Virus record (IMG/VR): IMGVR_UViG_3300027977_000029
Location: 7,704-71,703 of that record
DNA from: a virus
DNA: 64,000 nt
Strand: one strand, 5' to 3'
Shown: positions 30,256 to 39,116 of the stretch, piece after piece
Layout of the letters: each line of letters opens with the position of its first letter
Position numbering within the stretch: position 1 is the first letter of the stretch
The notes under the pieces: generated by a model
The model's input: the letters and a program-made list of their open reading frames with translations, nothing else
Told to the model about the DNA's origin: nothing
Database searches by the model: none
Made by a program: the position numbers and the translations under genes

Positions 30256-30405
30256 ATGTTCGCCCAAACCGTCGCCCGTACTGCTGGCTTCATCTCCGGT
30301 GTTGCCCTCATCGTAGGCTTCGCCAAGATCGTCGGTTGGTTCATGACCATGGCTCTCCGTGGTCTCACGTTTCTCTTCCAGAAAGGCTTCATCAGGTTCC
30401 GCTAA
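30256..30405 (+). CDS. Small membrane protein
   Basis: Same AGAAAGGTCT RBS; hydrophobic. Confidence 0.55.
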   Translation: MFAQTVARTAGFISGVALIVGFAKIVGWFMTMALRGLTFLFQKGFIRFR

Positions 30406-30608
30406 TGAAAATTCTCCTCTTTGTGATCAGCATTCCGTTCCGTGTGATCCAGGCTATTCTCTGGAACATTGCGGGTCTCATCAGTCTCGTCCTGCTTCTG
30501 GCTATGACGATTCTGGGCTCGGTCGCCGCGATCCTCAGTTCTTTGATGGTTCTGGGTATCAACGCGATCGTGAAACAGCTCCAAAAGAAAGCTGTAAGGG
30601 CTCTGTAA
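30405..30608 (+). CDS. Small membrane protein
   Basis: TAATG coupling; long hydrophobic stretch. Confidence 0.55.
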   Translation: MKILLFVISIPFRVIQAILWNIAGLISLVLLLAMTILGSVAAILSSLMVLGINAIVKQLQKKAVRAL

Positions 30609-30818
30609 ATGCCTGCAAAGACTTTTATACGAAGTCTCGCTGAAGGCTTTGTAGTATCCATCATACTGGTAGCCCTAGCATTTACGCTAGCCGTTGGCTT
30701 TCTAATGCCAGCGTTTGGGCCTCTTAAAATCCCAAGGCGAATTATCTACAACTTCCAGCTCTTATTTTTGAGCTTGTGGGTGATATTCACCACCTACTTT
30801 TCTAACAAGAAGCCCTAG
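30609..30818 (+). CDS. Small two-TM membrane protein
   Basis: Two hydrophobic segments. Confidence 0.55.
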   Translation: MPAKTFIRSLAEGFVVSIILVALAFTLAVGFLMPAFGPLKIPRRIIYNFQLLFLSLWVIFTTYFSNKKP

Positions 30819-30926
30819 ACATGGCTAAAATCTGTCTACCACAGCCCTGAACATGGCTCTAAACTGTTCATCTTTTCTCTTATTTTTATCATTTTAAATA
30901 GCCCTGAACATGGCTCTAAACTGTTC
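30811..30926 (+). ncRNA. Cluster of three H-type pseudoknot elements (copies 3-5)
   Basis: 30811 AGCC-CT-AGACA-T-GGCT-AAAATC-TGTCT; 30843 and 30900 both AGCC-CT-GAACA-T-GGCT-CTAAAC-TGTTC. Confidence 0.72.
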
Positions 30927-30975
30927 TGAGTTCCCAAATAAATTTTTGGGCGATTGAGAATTGTAAAGAAAAGAA

Positions 30976-31110
30976 ATGATAGTACTTGCAGGAATACTCG
31001 TGATGGGAGCCTTGGTGCTCTGCTATAGACTTCTGAACGGTATTCTTGCAAGCGTGTTTGTGAGCCTGGTAATCTCTATCGGGCTAGGTTTTATTCTGAG
31101 AGATAGATAA
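30976..31110 (+). CDS. Small membrane protein (44 aa) translationally coupled to the RNAP gene
   Basis: MIVLAGILVMGALVLCYRLLNGILASVFVSLVISIGLGFILRDR; TAATG overlap with the RNAP start. Confidence 0.5.
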   Translation: MIVLAGILVMGALVLCYRLLNGILASVFVSLVISIGLGFILRDR

Positions 31111-33341
31111 TGCGTCAGGCATTGATAGCGTTATTGGATAAAAGACGTAAAGTAGAAATAGATCCTCGAAGTCCTCTTAAGTTCCTCATAACGGCCCCTG
31201 TAGAGTCTTATATAGACATGGCAATCTCCATCGTCTATTTATACACACGTCCAAAGAAAGGTTTTAAAAAGCAAGCTACATACCTGACAGAAGTGATCTC
31301 TGCTTTGGGCCATGGAGTGCGCAATAAGCTTAAACTCAAACGCGACTCTTCAGCTGCAGCAAAGACAGGTGCATTCATCCTGTACTCGTTTGAGCAGTTA
31401 GGTCTTCTTGAAGTCACTCTGGGTCAGGGCTCTAAAGGTCACAACGCTTACATAATTCAAGTTACTAACGATGATTTGATTTGTGCTCTTTGGAATGCTT
31501 TGACAATCACTCAAGCTGAAAAGCTTCCAAGTCTTACTCCGTTTGCTCCCTGGGTTAGTACCAAGCATGAGACAGGTGCTACACTTGTCAAAACTGGTAA
31601 TAAACGAGTCCTGGAGAGTCTCCAACCTGATACTCATCCAATTGTATTTTCTTGTGTAAACAAAGCTCAGACCCAAGGTTGGCGTGTTAATAAAGACATC
31701 TACGATATTTATAGATGGGCCCTCGATAACAAAACAGAAGCTTTCTCAGACATTTGGGACCAACACAATCCTGAAGCTAGGACCACCAAACTTAGAGAAG
31801 CTAAAGCGATCATTACTATTGCTGACAAGTTTGTTGACAAAACTTTCTATCATCTTTACTACTACGATTTTAGAGGTCGTAAGTACCCAACAACGGCTTA
31901 CCTCCATGAACAAGGCTCAGATGCCGCAAGAGGTCTACTTTTAAGAGCTGATCAAAAGGCTTTAGGCAAAGATGGTGCTAAATGGTTATACATCTATCTT
32001 GCCAATCTTTGGGCAGGCGATGCAGATAGAGTTGATGGTCTAAAAACTGACAAACTCCCACTCAGGGACAGAGTTCATTGGACTATGAGCAATGCTGCTG
32101 TATTGTTAAGCTATGCTACAGATCCTAAAACTAATCAGGGCTGGATGCAAGCTGACAAGCCTTGGCAATTCTTAGCAGCTTGTTTTGAATTCAACCGTCT
32201 TGTAGAATATTGCAGCACAGGTCGTATGACTAATGGTTTTGAATCTTCTTTAGAATGCTATTTAGACGGTAGCAATAATGGATCTCAGCATCTTTCAGCC
32301 CTTACGCTTGATGAAGAAACTGCGCCTCACGTAAACCTTGTCCCGCTCGCTTTTCCTGGTGATCTTTATAACTACGTCGCTAAACATGTTTGGGAAAGAA
32401 TTGATGAGTACTGTGAAGATTTTTCTTTAGAAGAAAAAGACCAGATAGACGTCTTTATCAGCGAACTCCTTAAATATAAGACCTCAATCCATGCTCTTCC
32501 TCAAAACTCAGATGTGCGTAAATCTTTGATTGAAGACTTAAAAGTCTTTAGGAACTCAAATAAAGAGCTTTTAACACTTGCCGCACCGGTGTTCTGGAAG
32601 AAGCTTAGCAGCCCTAAGGATCGTAGGAAGGTAGTCAAACGTAATGTTATGACTCTCCCTTACGGTGGTACTCCTTACGGTCTCGGTGAGCAACAGATAT
32701 CGGATGCACCCAAGCATGGTATTGAACTTCTCAATGGTCTTGAACAACGTTGGGGTGCTTACATGGGAAGAGAAGTCTACGAGAGTTGTCGAGTGTCGCT
32801 TAAACGCCCAATGCAGCTTCTTACTGTGTTTGAAAAAGCAGGTAAAGCAGCAGAGGACCGAGGCGAGTTCTTATCCTGGACAGTTCCTGTAACAAACTTT
32901 CCGGTTGTCCAAAACTATACTCAGGGTAAAGTTAAAAAGATTTGGGTACAATATGGACCTCCTGAAGGAGAGCGCCTGGGTACAGGGTACTACACAAACA
33001 CTCTTCAACTTGCTGTGTGTTTTATTGAAGATGTAGTTCCTTCAAAGAACAAGCAAGGTCAATCTGCTAGCCCAAATGCTATCCACAGTCTGGATGCAGC
33101 CCATCTTGCTATCACAGTCCATGAAGCTGAATTCTCTATAACAACTATTCATGACTCTTATGGAGCCCTGCTAGGTGATGTGGAGGGCTTATTTATACTT
33201 GTGAGAGAAACCTTTGTTGAGCTTTATGAGACCAATCCTTTAGAACAGCTCATGAAAGATATTCAGGGTGATGCTAGTCAAATCATGATTGGTAGCTTGG
33301 ATATCAGAGCTGTACTTGAATCTGACTATTGCTTTGTGTGA
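31110..33341 (+). CDS. Single-subunit T7-type DNA-directed RNA polymerase (743 aa)
   Basis: DFRGRKY; motif A DGSNNGSQH; motif B RKVVKRNVMTLPYG; PNAIHSLDAAH; motif C IHDSY. Confidence 0.96.
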   Translation: MRQALIALLDKRRKVEIDPRSPLKFLITAPVESYIDMAISIVYLYTRPKKGFKKQATYLTEVISALGHGVRNKLKLKRDSSAAAKTGAFILYSFEQLGLLEVTLGQGSKGHNAYIIQVTNDDLICALWNALTITQAEKLPSLTPFAPWVSTKHETGATLVKTGNKRVLESLQPDTHPIVFSCVNKAQTQGWRVNKDIYDIYRWALDNKTEAFSDIWDQHNPEARTTKLREAKAIITIADKFVDKTFYHLYYYDFRGRKYPTTAYLHEQGSDAARGLLLRADQKALGKDGAKWLYIYLANLWAGDADRVDGLKTDKLPLRDRVHWTMSNAAVLLSYATDPKTNQGWMQADKPWQFLAACFEFNRLVEYCSTGRMTNGFESSLECYLDGSNNGSQHLSALTLDEETAPHVNLVPLAFPGDLYNYVAKHVWERIDEYCEDFSLEEKDQIDVFISELLKYKTSIHALPQNSDVRKSLIEDLKVFRNSNKELLTLAAPVFWKKLSSPKDRRKVVKRNVMTLPYGGTPYGLGEQQISDAPKHGIELLNGLEQRWGAYMGREVYESCRVSLKRPMQLLTVFEKAGKAAEDRGEFLSWTVPVTNFPVVQNYTQGKVKKIWVQYGPPEGERLGTGYYTNTLQLAVCFIEDVVPSKNKQGQSASPNAIHSLDAAHLAITVHEAEFSITTIHDSYGALLGDVEGLFILVRETFVELYETNPLEQLMKDIQGDASQIMIGSLDIRAVLESDYCFV

Positions 33342-33347
33342 GGCGAA

Positions 33348-33800
33348 ATGATTGTAATTAGAAGTGTCTATGACATTCAAAAGGCTCCATTGCCTGTCCG
33401 GATAGAACTTCAGAAAATGGTTGGCAATGCCATCAAAGAGGCTTCCGAAGATCTTTTTAGAATTTTTGAAGACTTTGATTTCACTTACGGTGGTGCTTTC
33501 TATATAGTAGAAACTCCCCAAGAACTCCAAAATATTCCTACTGACGAACACTCTGAAGATGGGACTAGACATTTAACTCTAGGAGAGACTGCAAGCACTT
33601 ATGAGCTCGCTTATTATCTTCCAGACAAATCTTTTGCTTGTCTTGTTATGATCACGTCCAACTCCGGTGGAGACACTTGGTATATCCCACAACATCTTTA
33701 TATGCAGTCTGAAAATCTTATCCAGTCTATCAAGATGACTTCACCAGATAACGATATATGGTCAATTCCTTTTAATCCAGGTATCCATGCAGATTTCTAG
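33348..33800 (+). CDS. Hypothetical protein
   Basis: ORF with GAGG RBS. Confidence 0.6.
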   Translation: MIVIRSVYDIQKAPLPVRIELQKMVGNAIKEASEDLFRIFEDFDFTYGGAFYIVETPQELQNIPTDEHSEDGTRHLTLGETASTYELAYYLPDKSFACLVMITSNSGGDTWYIPQHLYMQSENLIQSIKMTSPDNDIWSIPFNPGIHADF

Positions 33801-33984
33801 AAAGTCCCTTTTCTCAGGGATCACCAGAACAAAAGAACTAGACATCACGCCTGCTGAGTGGAAAGATTATGAATCGGGAACTCTTATTCAAAACGCTTTC
33901 CCTAGGCTCAGTGCTGATGATCGAGAGTTTATTATGACAGGCGCAGTTCCCGAAGAATGGGATGCTGCTTTTAAAGAGGATTGA
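33787..33984 (+). CDS. Hypothetical protein
   Basis: LIQNAFPRLSADDREFIMTG...EEWD, recalled as a recurrent phage motif (unverified). Confidence 0.65.
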   Translation: MQISRKSLFSGITRTKELDITPAEWKDYESGTLIQNAFPRLSADDREFIMTGAVPEEWDAAFKED

Positions 33985-33987
33985 CTT

Positions 33988-34275
33988 ATGAAGATTAATA
34001 TCCTAATCCCTCAAGCTTACGACGAGCTGCTGCTCCAAGTAGAGCCTTCAGACTTGGTCCTAGTATTGGAAATCTTAGCTAAGGCTCACACTATTAGGCA
34101 CGACTACGCACTTCAAAAGTATGTATTTGATGAATTCAAACCACTACAAGTAAGGATTGTCCCAGACGGCCTTATTGAACCGGCTACCACCATTGCAGTC
34201 GAAGAATATAAAGCTATTACAGCTTCTACACCTATTACTCGAGCTTCTAGCATTGACGAAGAAATTCCATTCTAA
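33988..34275 (+). CDS. Hypothetical protein ending in DEEIPF
   Basis: ORF with an SSB-like C-terminal tip. Confidence 0.6.
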   Translation: MKINILIPQAYDELLLQVEPSDLVLVLEILAKAHTIRHDYALQKYVFDEFKPLQVRIVPDGLIEPATTIAVEEYKAITASTPITRASSIDEEIPF

Positions 34276-34285
34276 CTGGCCCGAG

Positions 34286-34303
34286 AACCCGTTATATTAA
34301 CCC
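34286..34303 (+). promoter_or_regulatory. Class A motif upstream of the SSB/replication genes
   Basis: AACCCGTTATATTAACCC. Confidence 0.75.
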
Positions 34304-34337
34304 TCTTTGAGGGCATCCATTTAAATCCGAGGATCAT

Positions 34338-34850
34338 ATGCCTATTTTGAATAATGTTGAACTGCATCACGCCTATCTTGACCCGAAGCGTCCGAATAAC
34401 CGCTTTGACAAGGTGAAGCCTACCTGGGAAGTTCAAGTTAGAACTACCGATAAAGCCGTCAAGAAGATTTGGGAAGAACTTGGAATTCCGGTTAAGGCGA
34501 TTGTGCCTGATGAAGGTGAAACTTTCTTCCGAGCCAATCTCCGTAAGAAGTCTGTCAAGGCTGATGGCACTGCTGGTGAAGCTCCTGAGCTTGTTGATGG
34601 TAAGGGGAATCCTGTCGATCCGAAGACTGTTGGAAACGGTTCTATTGGTAACGTCCGGATCTTCCAATACCAGGGTACAAAGCCTGATGGGTCTGCTACA
34701 ACTGTAAGTGTGCTTATGGGTGTTCAGCTTGTTAAACACATTGTGTACAAGCCTAAGGCTCGTGATGACGGCTTCAGCGAAATTGAAACAGAAGTTATTG
34801 AGTACGACGAAGATGAGGGCAGCTCCTCGGGTGCCAATATCAGCGTTTAA
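34338..34850 (+). CDS. ssDNA-binding protein (T7 gp2.5-like)
   Basis: VGNGSIGNV...GVQLVKH OB-fold pattern; acidic tail. Confidence 0.75.
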   Translation: MPILNNVELHHAYLDPKRPNNRFDKVKPTWEVQVRTTDKAVKKIWEELGIPVKAIVPDEGETFFRANLRKKSVKADGTAGEAPELVDGKGNPVDPKTVGNGSIGNVRIFQYQGTKPDGSATTVSVLMGVQLVKHIVYKPKARDDGFSEIETEVIEYDEDEGSSSGANISV

Positions 34851-34860
34851 TTAAACTAGT

Positions 34861-34887
34861 GGGGTAGGTGAGAGCCTACCCCTTTTT
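34861..34887 (+). terminator. Intrinsic terminator
   Basis: GGGGTAGG/CCTACCCC stem followed by TTTTT. Confidence 0.75.
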
Positions 34888-34899
34888 AATGGAGTTATA

Positions 34900-35187
34900 A
34901 TGTCTAACCCTGTTTCGCCCAGCCACTATAAAGACTACTGCGACGGAATGCAGTGGCTTGAGACTATGCAGTACCTTCCGGACTTCAAAGATCCTGAGAA
35001 GTTTAAAGCAGCTATCAAGCTTCAAATTCGTAAGTATCTCGACCGTGACGGTCAAAAAGATGATACCCGTCAAGAGCTCCGTAAAGCTCTTTGGTATCTT
35101 AAGTTTCTAGTGGCCTACCTTCATAACGATGGCAAGCCTCTAATGATTGTAGACGTAGACACAGTATTGGCTGAGCTTGAAAAGTAA
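34900..35187 (+). CDS. DUF3310/SaV-like protein
   Basis: NPVSPSHY...KYLDR.G.K...QELRKALWYL. Confidence 0.8.
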   Translation: MSNPVSPSHYKDYCDGMQWLETMQYLPDFKDPEKFKAAIKLQIRKYLDRDGQKDDTRQELRKALWYLKFLVAYLHNDGKPLMIVDVDTVLAELEK

Positions 35188-37203
35188 ATGACACGTTGGG
35201 TATATGACGTTGAAACAGATGACCTGTTGGTCGGTTGTACCCGCATGTGGATCCTTTGTGCATACAACCTTGATACAGAGAAACTTCATTACTGGCTAGA
35301 GGGTGACCTCAGCTGGCAGGAGGAATTTAGTAAAGCAACACTTGTTGCAGGCTTTAACAGTCTAAAATTCGATAACCTAGTTCTTGAAAAGCTTTTTAAT
35401 TTTAAGTTTCCTGAAACCTGCCAAATGCGCGATCTTCAGATTATTTCTCTGGTTCTTGACTTCAATCGCTTTGGTAAAGATGTTCCGCATAGTCTTAAGA
35501 ACTGGGGTAAGCATCTTGGGTTCGACAAGTTAGACTTTGATGCATTCCATGAGTACTCGGAAGAGATGTTGGATTATGCTAAGCGTGACGTCATGCTGAC
35601 TGTCATGGTTAACAACGTGCTCCTTAAAGAACTCACGGAAGCTATGAAGAAGGCTCCTCTTCTCCAAACCTATATTAAAGCTGAATACGCAGTAGCTGAG
35701 TGGGTTGGTCGTGCTGAATGGCATGGTTGGCCTTTCGATAAAGAGGCTGCAATAGAGCTCTCTGGGAAGCTTGATGTAGAGATGAAGAAAGCTGAAGATG
35801 CCTTAACAAGCATCCTTGGTATGAAAGCTGTAGCCGTAGACAAGGTTGGCGATGTCGTAGAAGTCAAGGAGCCTAAGTATACTCTTCAAGGCTTCTACCA
35901 TGCCCACACAGCTAGCTGGTTTGGTGTTGAACCTGTAGAGGGACTGCTGGAGCCTTGGGAGCGACCTGTCAGTGGACCTTACTGTAGGGTAACATTTGAG
36001 CATCTTTCTCTAAGTTCACCTGCTGATGTGAAGATCTTCTTGTTTAGACACGGTTGGATTCCAACAGAGTGGAACTACAAGAAAGATCCTAATACCGGTC
36101 GTAGGACTAAAGAGAAAAGTACTCCTAAGATCACAGAAGATAGTCTTGAGCTTCTCGGTGAGAACGGTAAACTGTATCCTGCGTACCTAACAGCTAGGTC
36201 ACGTTCAGGTATCCTCAGAACTTGGATTGAAGTTGTTGATGAGAACGGCAGGCTGCACGGTGACTCGTTCACGATTGGTACCCCTAGTATGCGTACGAGG
36301 CATAACATTATTGCCAACGTACCTACCGGGGATAGCCCTTGGGGGCGTGAAATGCGTTCGTTATTCACCGCGTTACCCGGATATAAACTCATCGGGTGTG
36401 ATTCGGAGGGTAATCAAGCACGTGGCCTTGCGCACTACCTTGGTGACCCTACTTTCACCCACACGCTTCTGAATAAAGATATTCACACCTTTAATGCTAC
36501 GCTACTTGATAAGGTTCTTAGTGAGATTGGTTTTAACTGGTCAGCTTACCTTATTAAAGAAGGTAAAGCTCAGCTCCCTAAAAGAGTTCAAAAGTTCCTT
36601 GAAAGTAAAAGTCTCACAAAAGAGGACTACTTTAAGAGTAACCGTAAACGTAGGTACCACGATAAGGCAATTGCAACAGCTAAACGGGCTGTAGCTAAAC
36701 GAATCCTGTATGCATTCTTGTTTGGTGCTGCAGGATTAAAACTTTGGAGCTACGTTACGGATGTTGGAGACTCGGTTCGTGGTAATAAACTCAAGCTTGG
36801 GTTTACAAAAGCTGTTCCAGGCTTCCAAGGTCTCATCGACAGACTAGGTAACATCTATGGCTCAACTAAGAAATTCGGCGACGGGTACATTTACTCTATC
36901 GCTGGAAATAAGATCTACGTCGACTCTTTCCATAAACTTCTTGTTTATCTACTCCAGTCATTGGAAAAGATTACTTGCAGTGCGGCATTGATGCTCACTA
37001 TGAAAGGTCTTAAGGAGGCTGGTATCCCTTATATCCCTTGTATTATGTACCACGACGAAATTGATTTCATGGTTCCTGAACAATACGCCACGCAAGCTGC
37101 AGCCATTGGTAAGCAAGCATTTGTTGATGGTCCTAAACTCTTTGGAGTGATGATCATGGGCGGCTCAGGTAAAATAGGAAACAACTGGTATGACGTCCAC
37201 TGA
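35188..37203 (+). CDS. Family A DNA polymerase with 3'-5' exonuclease domain
   Basis: ExoI YDVETD; ExoII FNSLKFD; ExoIII YAKRD; motif A GCDSEGNQAR; motif B RAVAKRILYAFLFG; motif C YHDEI. Confidence 0.95.
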   Translation: MTRWVYDVETDDLLVGCTRMWILCAYNLDTEKLHYWLEGDLSWQEEFSKATLVAGFNSLKFDNLVLEKLFNFKFPETCQMRDLQIISLVLDFNRFGKDVPHSLKNWGKHLGFDKLDFDAFHEYSEEMLDYAKRDVMLTVMVNNVLLKELTEAMKKAPLLQTYIKAEYAVAEWVGRAEWHGWPFDKEAAIELSGKLDVEMKKAEDALTSILGMKAVAVDKVGDVVEVKEPKYTLQGFYHAHTASWFGVEPVEGLLEPWERPVSGPYCRVTFEHLSLSSPADVKIFLFRHGWIPTEWNYKKDPNTGRRTKEKSTPKITEDSLELLGENGKLYPAYLTARSRSGILRTWIEVVDENGRLHGDSFTIGTPSMRTRHNIIANVPTGDSPWGREMRSLFTALPGYKLIGCDSEGNQARGLAHYLGDPTFTHTLLNKDIHTFNATLLDKVLSEIGFNWSAYLIKEGKAQLPKRVQKFLESKSLTKEDYFKSNRKRRYHDKAIATAKRAVAKRILYAFLFGAAGLKLWSYVTDVGDSVRGNKLKLGFTKAVPGFQGLIDRLGNIYGSTKKFGDGYIYSIAGNKIYVDSFHKLLVYLLQSLEKITCSAALMLTMKGLKEAGIPYIPCIMYHDEIDFMVPEQYATQAAAIGKQAFVDGPKLFGVMIMGGSGKIGNNWYDVH

Positions 37204-37435
37204 TGAACCTGCGTACTTTGAGTTTAGAACTAGCGTGAAGTTTAGGGATAATAGAACTGCCAAGTGGTCTAAGACATATGACTACAAGACAACTGAGCAA
37301 GTTCCTCCCGATACTTGGATTCTTGTGAATGTTGGAGGTTTTCCGGCAACTGCAAGAGTTACTCAGTCGTATAAGACCAATCCCGAAGCTTTGGTGTCTC
37401 TGAAACCTGTCTTGCAACTTTTAGGAAAGCTCTGA
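37190..37435 (+). CDS. Hypothetical protein
   Basis: ORF overlapping the polymerase end. Confidence 0.5.
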   Translation: MTSTDEPAYFEFRTSVKFRDNRTAKWSKTYDYKTTEQVPPDTWILVNVGGFPATARVTQSYKTNPEALVSLKPVLQLLGKL

Positions 37436-37436
37436 C

Positions 37437-38012
37437 ATGGATGCTTTCAGTACTTCACGAGATGGAGGCGGTGTCCAGTTATACAACATCCTAGACGCCA
37501 CAGACCTAGCAGCCCTCAGGCATCGAGCTAATCTAGTAAGTTTTAGAAAGATTCCCGTAGGGCTCAACCAAAGCATAATGCTAGCGGCTATGCCAAATGA
37601 TATCTCTATCACATTGAGAAATGCTGCTGAATTTGGAGTACACCACCCGCTGCAATTGTTGAGCTCTATGCTGAGGCTTAATACTACAGTGTGTGATGCA
37701 GAGCCTAGAATTCACACTGATAACGATATAGGTGGTGTACGACCTGTCTACGGTTCAGTCTTTTATCTTGAAGATGGGCCGCCTGGACTTCACGGTACTG
37801 CTTTATACGAGCATCCTGAGTACGGGCGTGGCTCCGATGATGTCTCTGTCTTTACAGACAATACTGGTTGGGAGCCTTGGTACATCAATCAAGCAAAGGC
37901 AAACTCTATGTTTTTGTTCAAGTCAAATCTCTACCACGGAAGATACCCTTGGACAACTTATGGAGTTAGCCAGCTTACTGGTAGGAAGGTCGTAGTTCAA
38001 TTTTATAGGTGA
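37437..38012 (+). CDS. 2OG-Fe(II) oxygenase (DUF6445-like)
   Basis: IHTD (HxD), VFYL, GTALY, distal YHGR and R-VVVQF. Confidence 0.75.
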   Translation: MDAFSTSRDGGGVQLYNILDATDLAALRHRANLVSFRKIPVGLNQSIMLAAMPNDISITLRNAAEFGVHHPLQLLSSMLRLNTTVCDAEPRIHTDNDIGGVRPVYGSVFYLEDGPPGLHGTALYEHPEYGRGSDDVSVFTDNTGWEPWYINQAKANSMFLFKSNLYHGRYPWTTYGVSQLTGRKVVVQFYR

Positions 38013-38015
38013 GAG

Positions 38016-38303
38016 ATGCGATCTGTCTTCAAGTTATCTCTTTTAGTGCTTCTAGTTACAGCTGCCCTTTACTCGGGTATGTATTTCATGAGACCCGGTA
38101 GTAAAGTGTTTGCTAGTAGCTATGAGTTCAACAAACAAATCTCAGGACTCTGCGAGAGTATGCGTCTTGTAGATGGAAAGCTCAGGCTTGCCTTTGCAAT
38201 AAAGCTACGAGAAGATCTAAACGCTGCTAATCGTTCTCAAGACCTTACTGACAAAAACAGGGCTTGTGCTTTCGAGGCTCAGCGTGTGACTGGGATTCAA
38301 TAA
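38016..38303 (+). CDS. Membrane-anchored or secreted protein
   Basis: N-terminal hydrophobic segment; two Cys. Confidence 0.55.
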   Translation: MRSVFKLSLLVLLVTAALYSGMYFMRPGSKVFASSYEFNKQISGLCESMRLVDGKLRLAFAIKLREDLNAANRSQDLTDKNRACAFEAQRVTGIQ

Positions 38304-38322
38304 TTCATGCTAAGGAGTCCTA

Positions 38323-38658
38323 ATGAGTACTATCTTTATTTTCTCAAACACTTTGGACGGTCTTGCTGGGTATTGCTATGCTCTGACTGACAACGGAGTG
38401 ATTCTAAACAGCAGATACTGTTCTAATCAGAAGTTTGCTCTTGCTGATTTGAACGACCATAAAGCCAATAGTCACTACCGTCTGTACTTCAGGGAGATTC
38501 GTTATAAAGTTGAGTTCGTCCGTGCAGATCGGCTAGAAGCTCATGAAGAGTTTCAAAAAGCACTTGCAAAGTTCCTATCAAGGCTAGACTCTCCGGAGTA
38601 CCTATCTAACTGGCACATTCCGCACGTCATTAAGAAGAGCGACAAAGTTAATGCCTGA
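38323..38658 (+). CDS. Hypothetical protein
   Basis: AAGGAG RBS. Confidence 0.6.
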   Translation: MSTIFIFSNTLDGLAGYCYALTDNGVILNSRYCSNQKFALADLNDHKANSHYRLYFREIRYKVEFVRADRLEAHEEFQKALAKFLSRLDSPEYLSNWHIPHVIKKSDKVNA

Positions 38659-38878
38659 AGTAACATTCCCGCTACGAGTAGTCGGAGTTGAGTATAATTG
38701 TGACACCTGCGGTCTACCAGTCAAAGTGATAGGACAAGTTCCTGGGCTGCTGGCCAACGCACCTCCTAAATTTAGAGCTTCCTGTCAGAAAGGCCACCTA
38801 CACCTGTTGGACAAACAATATCCGGGGATTGGGTATGAACGAGACACACCGACTGTTTCTGAAATCATTGATTTGTAA
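38651..38878 (+). CDS. Zinc-ribbon-like protein
   Basis: CDTC...CQKGH. Confidence 0.55.
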   Translation: MPEVTFPLRVVGVEYNCDTCGLPVKVIGQVPGLLANAPPKFRASCQKGHLHLLDKQYPGIGYERDTPTVSEIIDL

Positions 38879-39116
38879 TGCTGTAGCCGCAGCTATAGCA
38901 ACAATCTTCATGCTAGCGATACAAGCAGACTTTGGCCTCATTCTTAACCTTGGGATTTTGGTTCTTGTCACTCAGGTCCTAACTATCATCTTCATGGCTA
39001 TTGAGTATAGAAAAACCTTCTGCACTTTTTGCCACAAACGCTCTCATCAAGAAATTTATCAAGCTGATAATTCATACAGGATTTGTTCAAAATGCAAAAC
39101 AATAGAACCTCTCTAG
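38829..39116 (+). CDS. Membrane protein with a C-terminal Cys cluster
   Basis: Two TM segments; CTFC...CSKC; start uncertain. Confidence 0.5.
   Translation: MGMNETHRLFLKSLICNAVAAAIATIFMLAIQADFGLILNLGILVLVTQVLTIIFMAIEYRKTFCTFCHKRSHQEIYQADNSYRICSKCKTIEPL

Noticed and set aside
30811-30926. Possible mini-CRISPR array (27-nt repeats)
   Set aside because: Spacers are 5 and 30 nt and low-complexity, no cas genes are present, and the copies covary as a structure rather than being identical.
33692-33706. CATCTTTATATGCA resembling the class B motif
   Set aside because: It lies inside a CDS, has an extra base and lacks the upstream GCSGRAA block.
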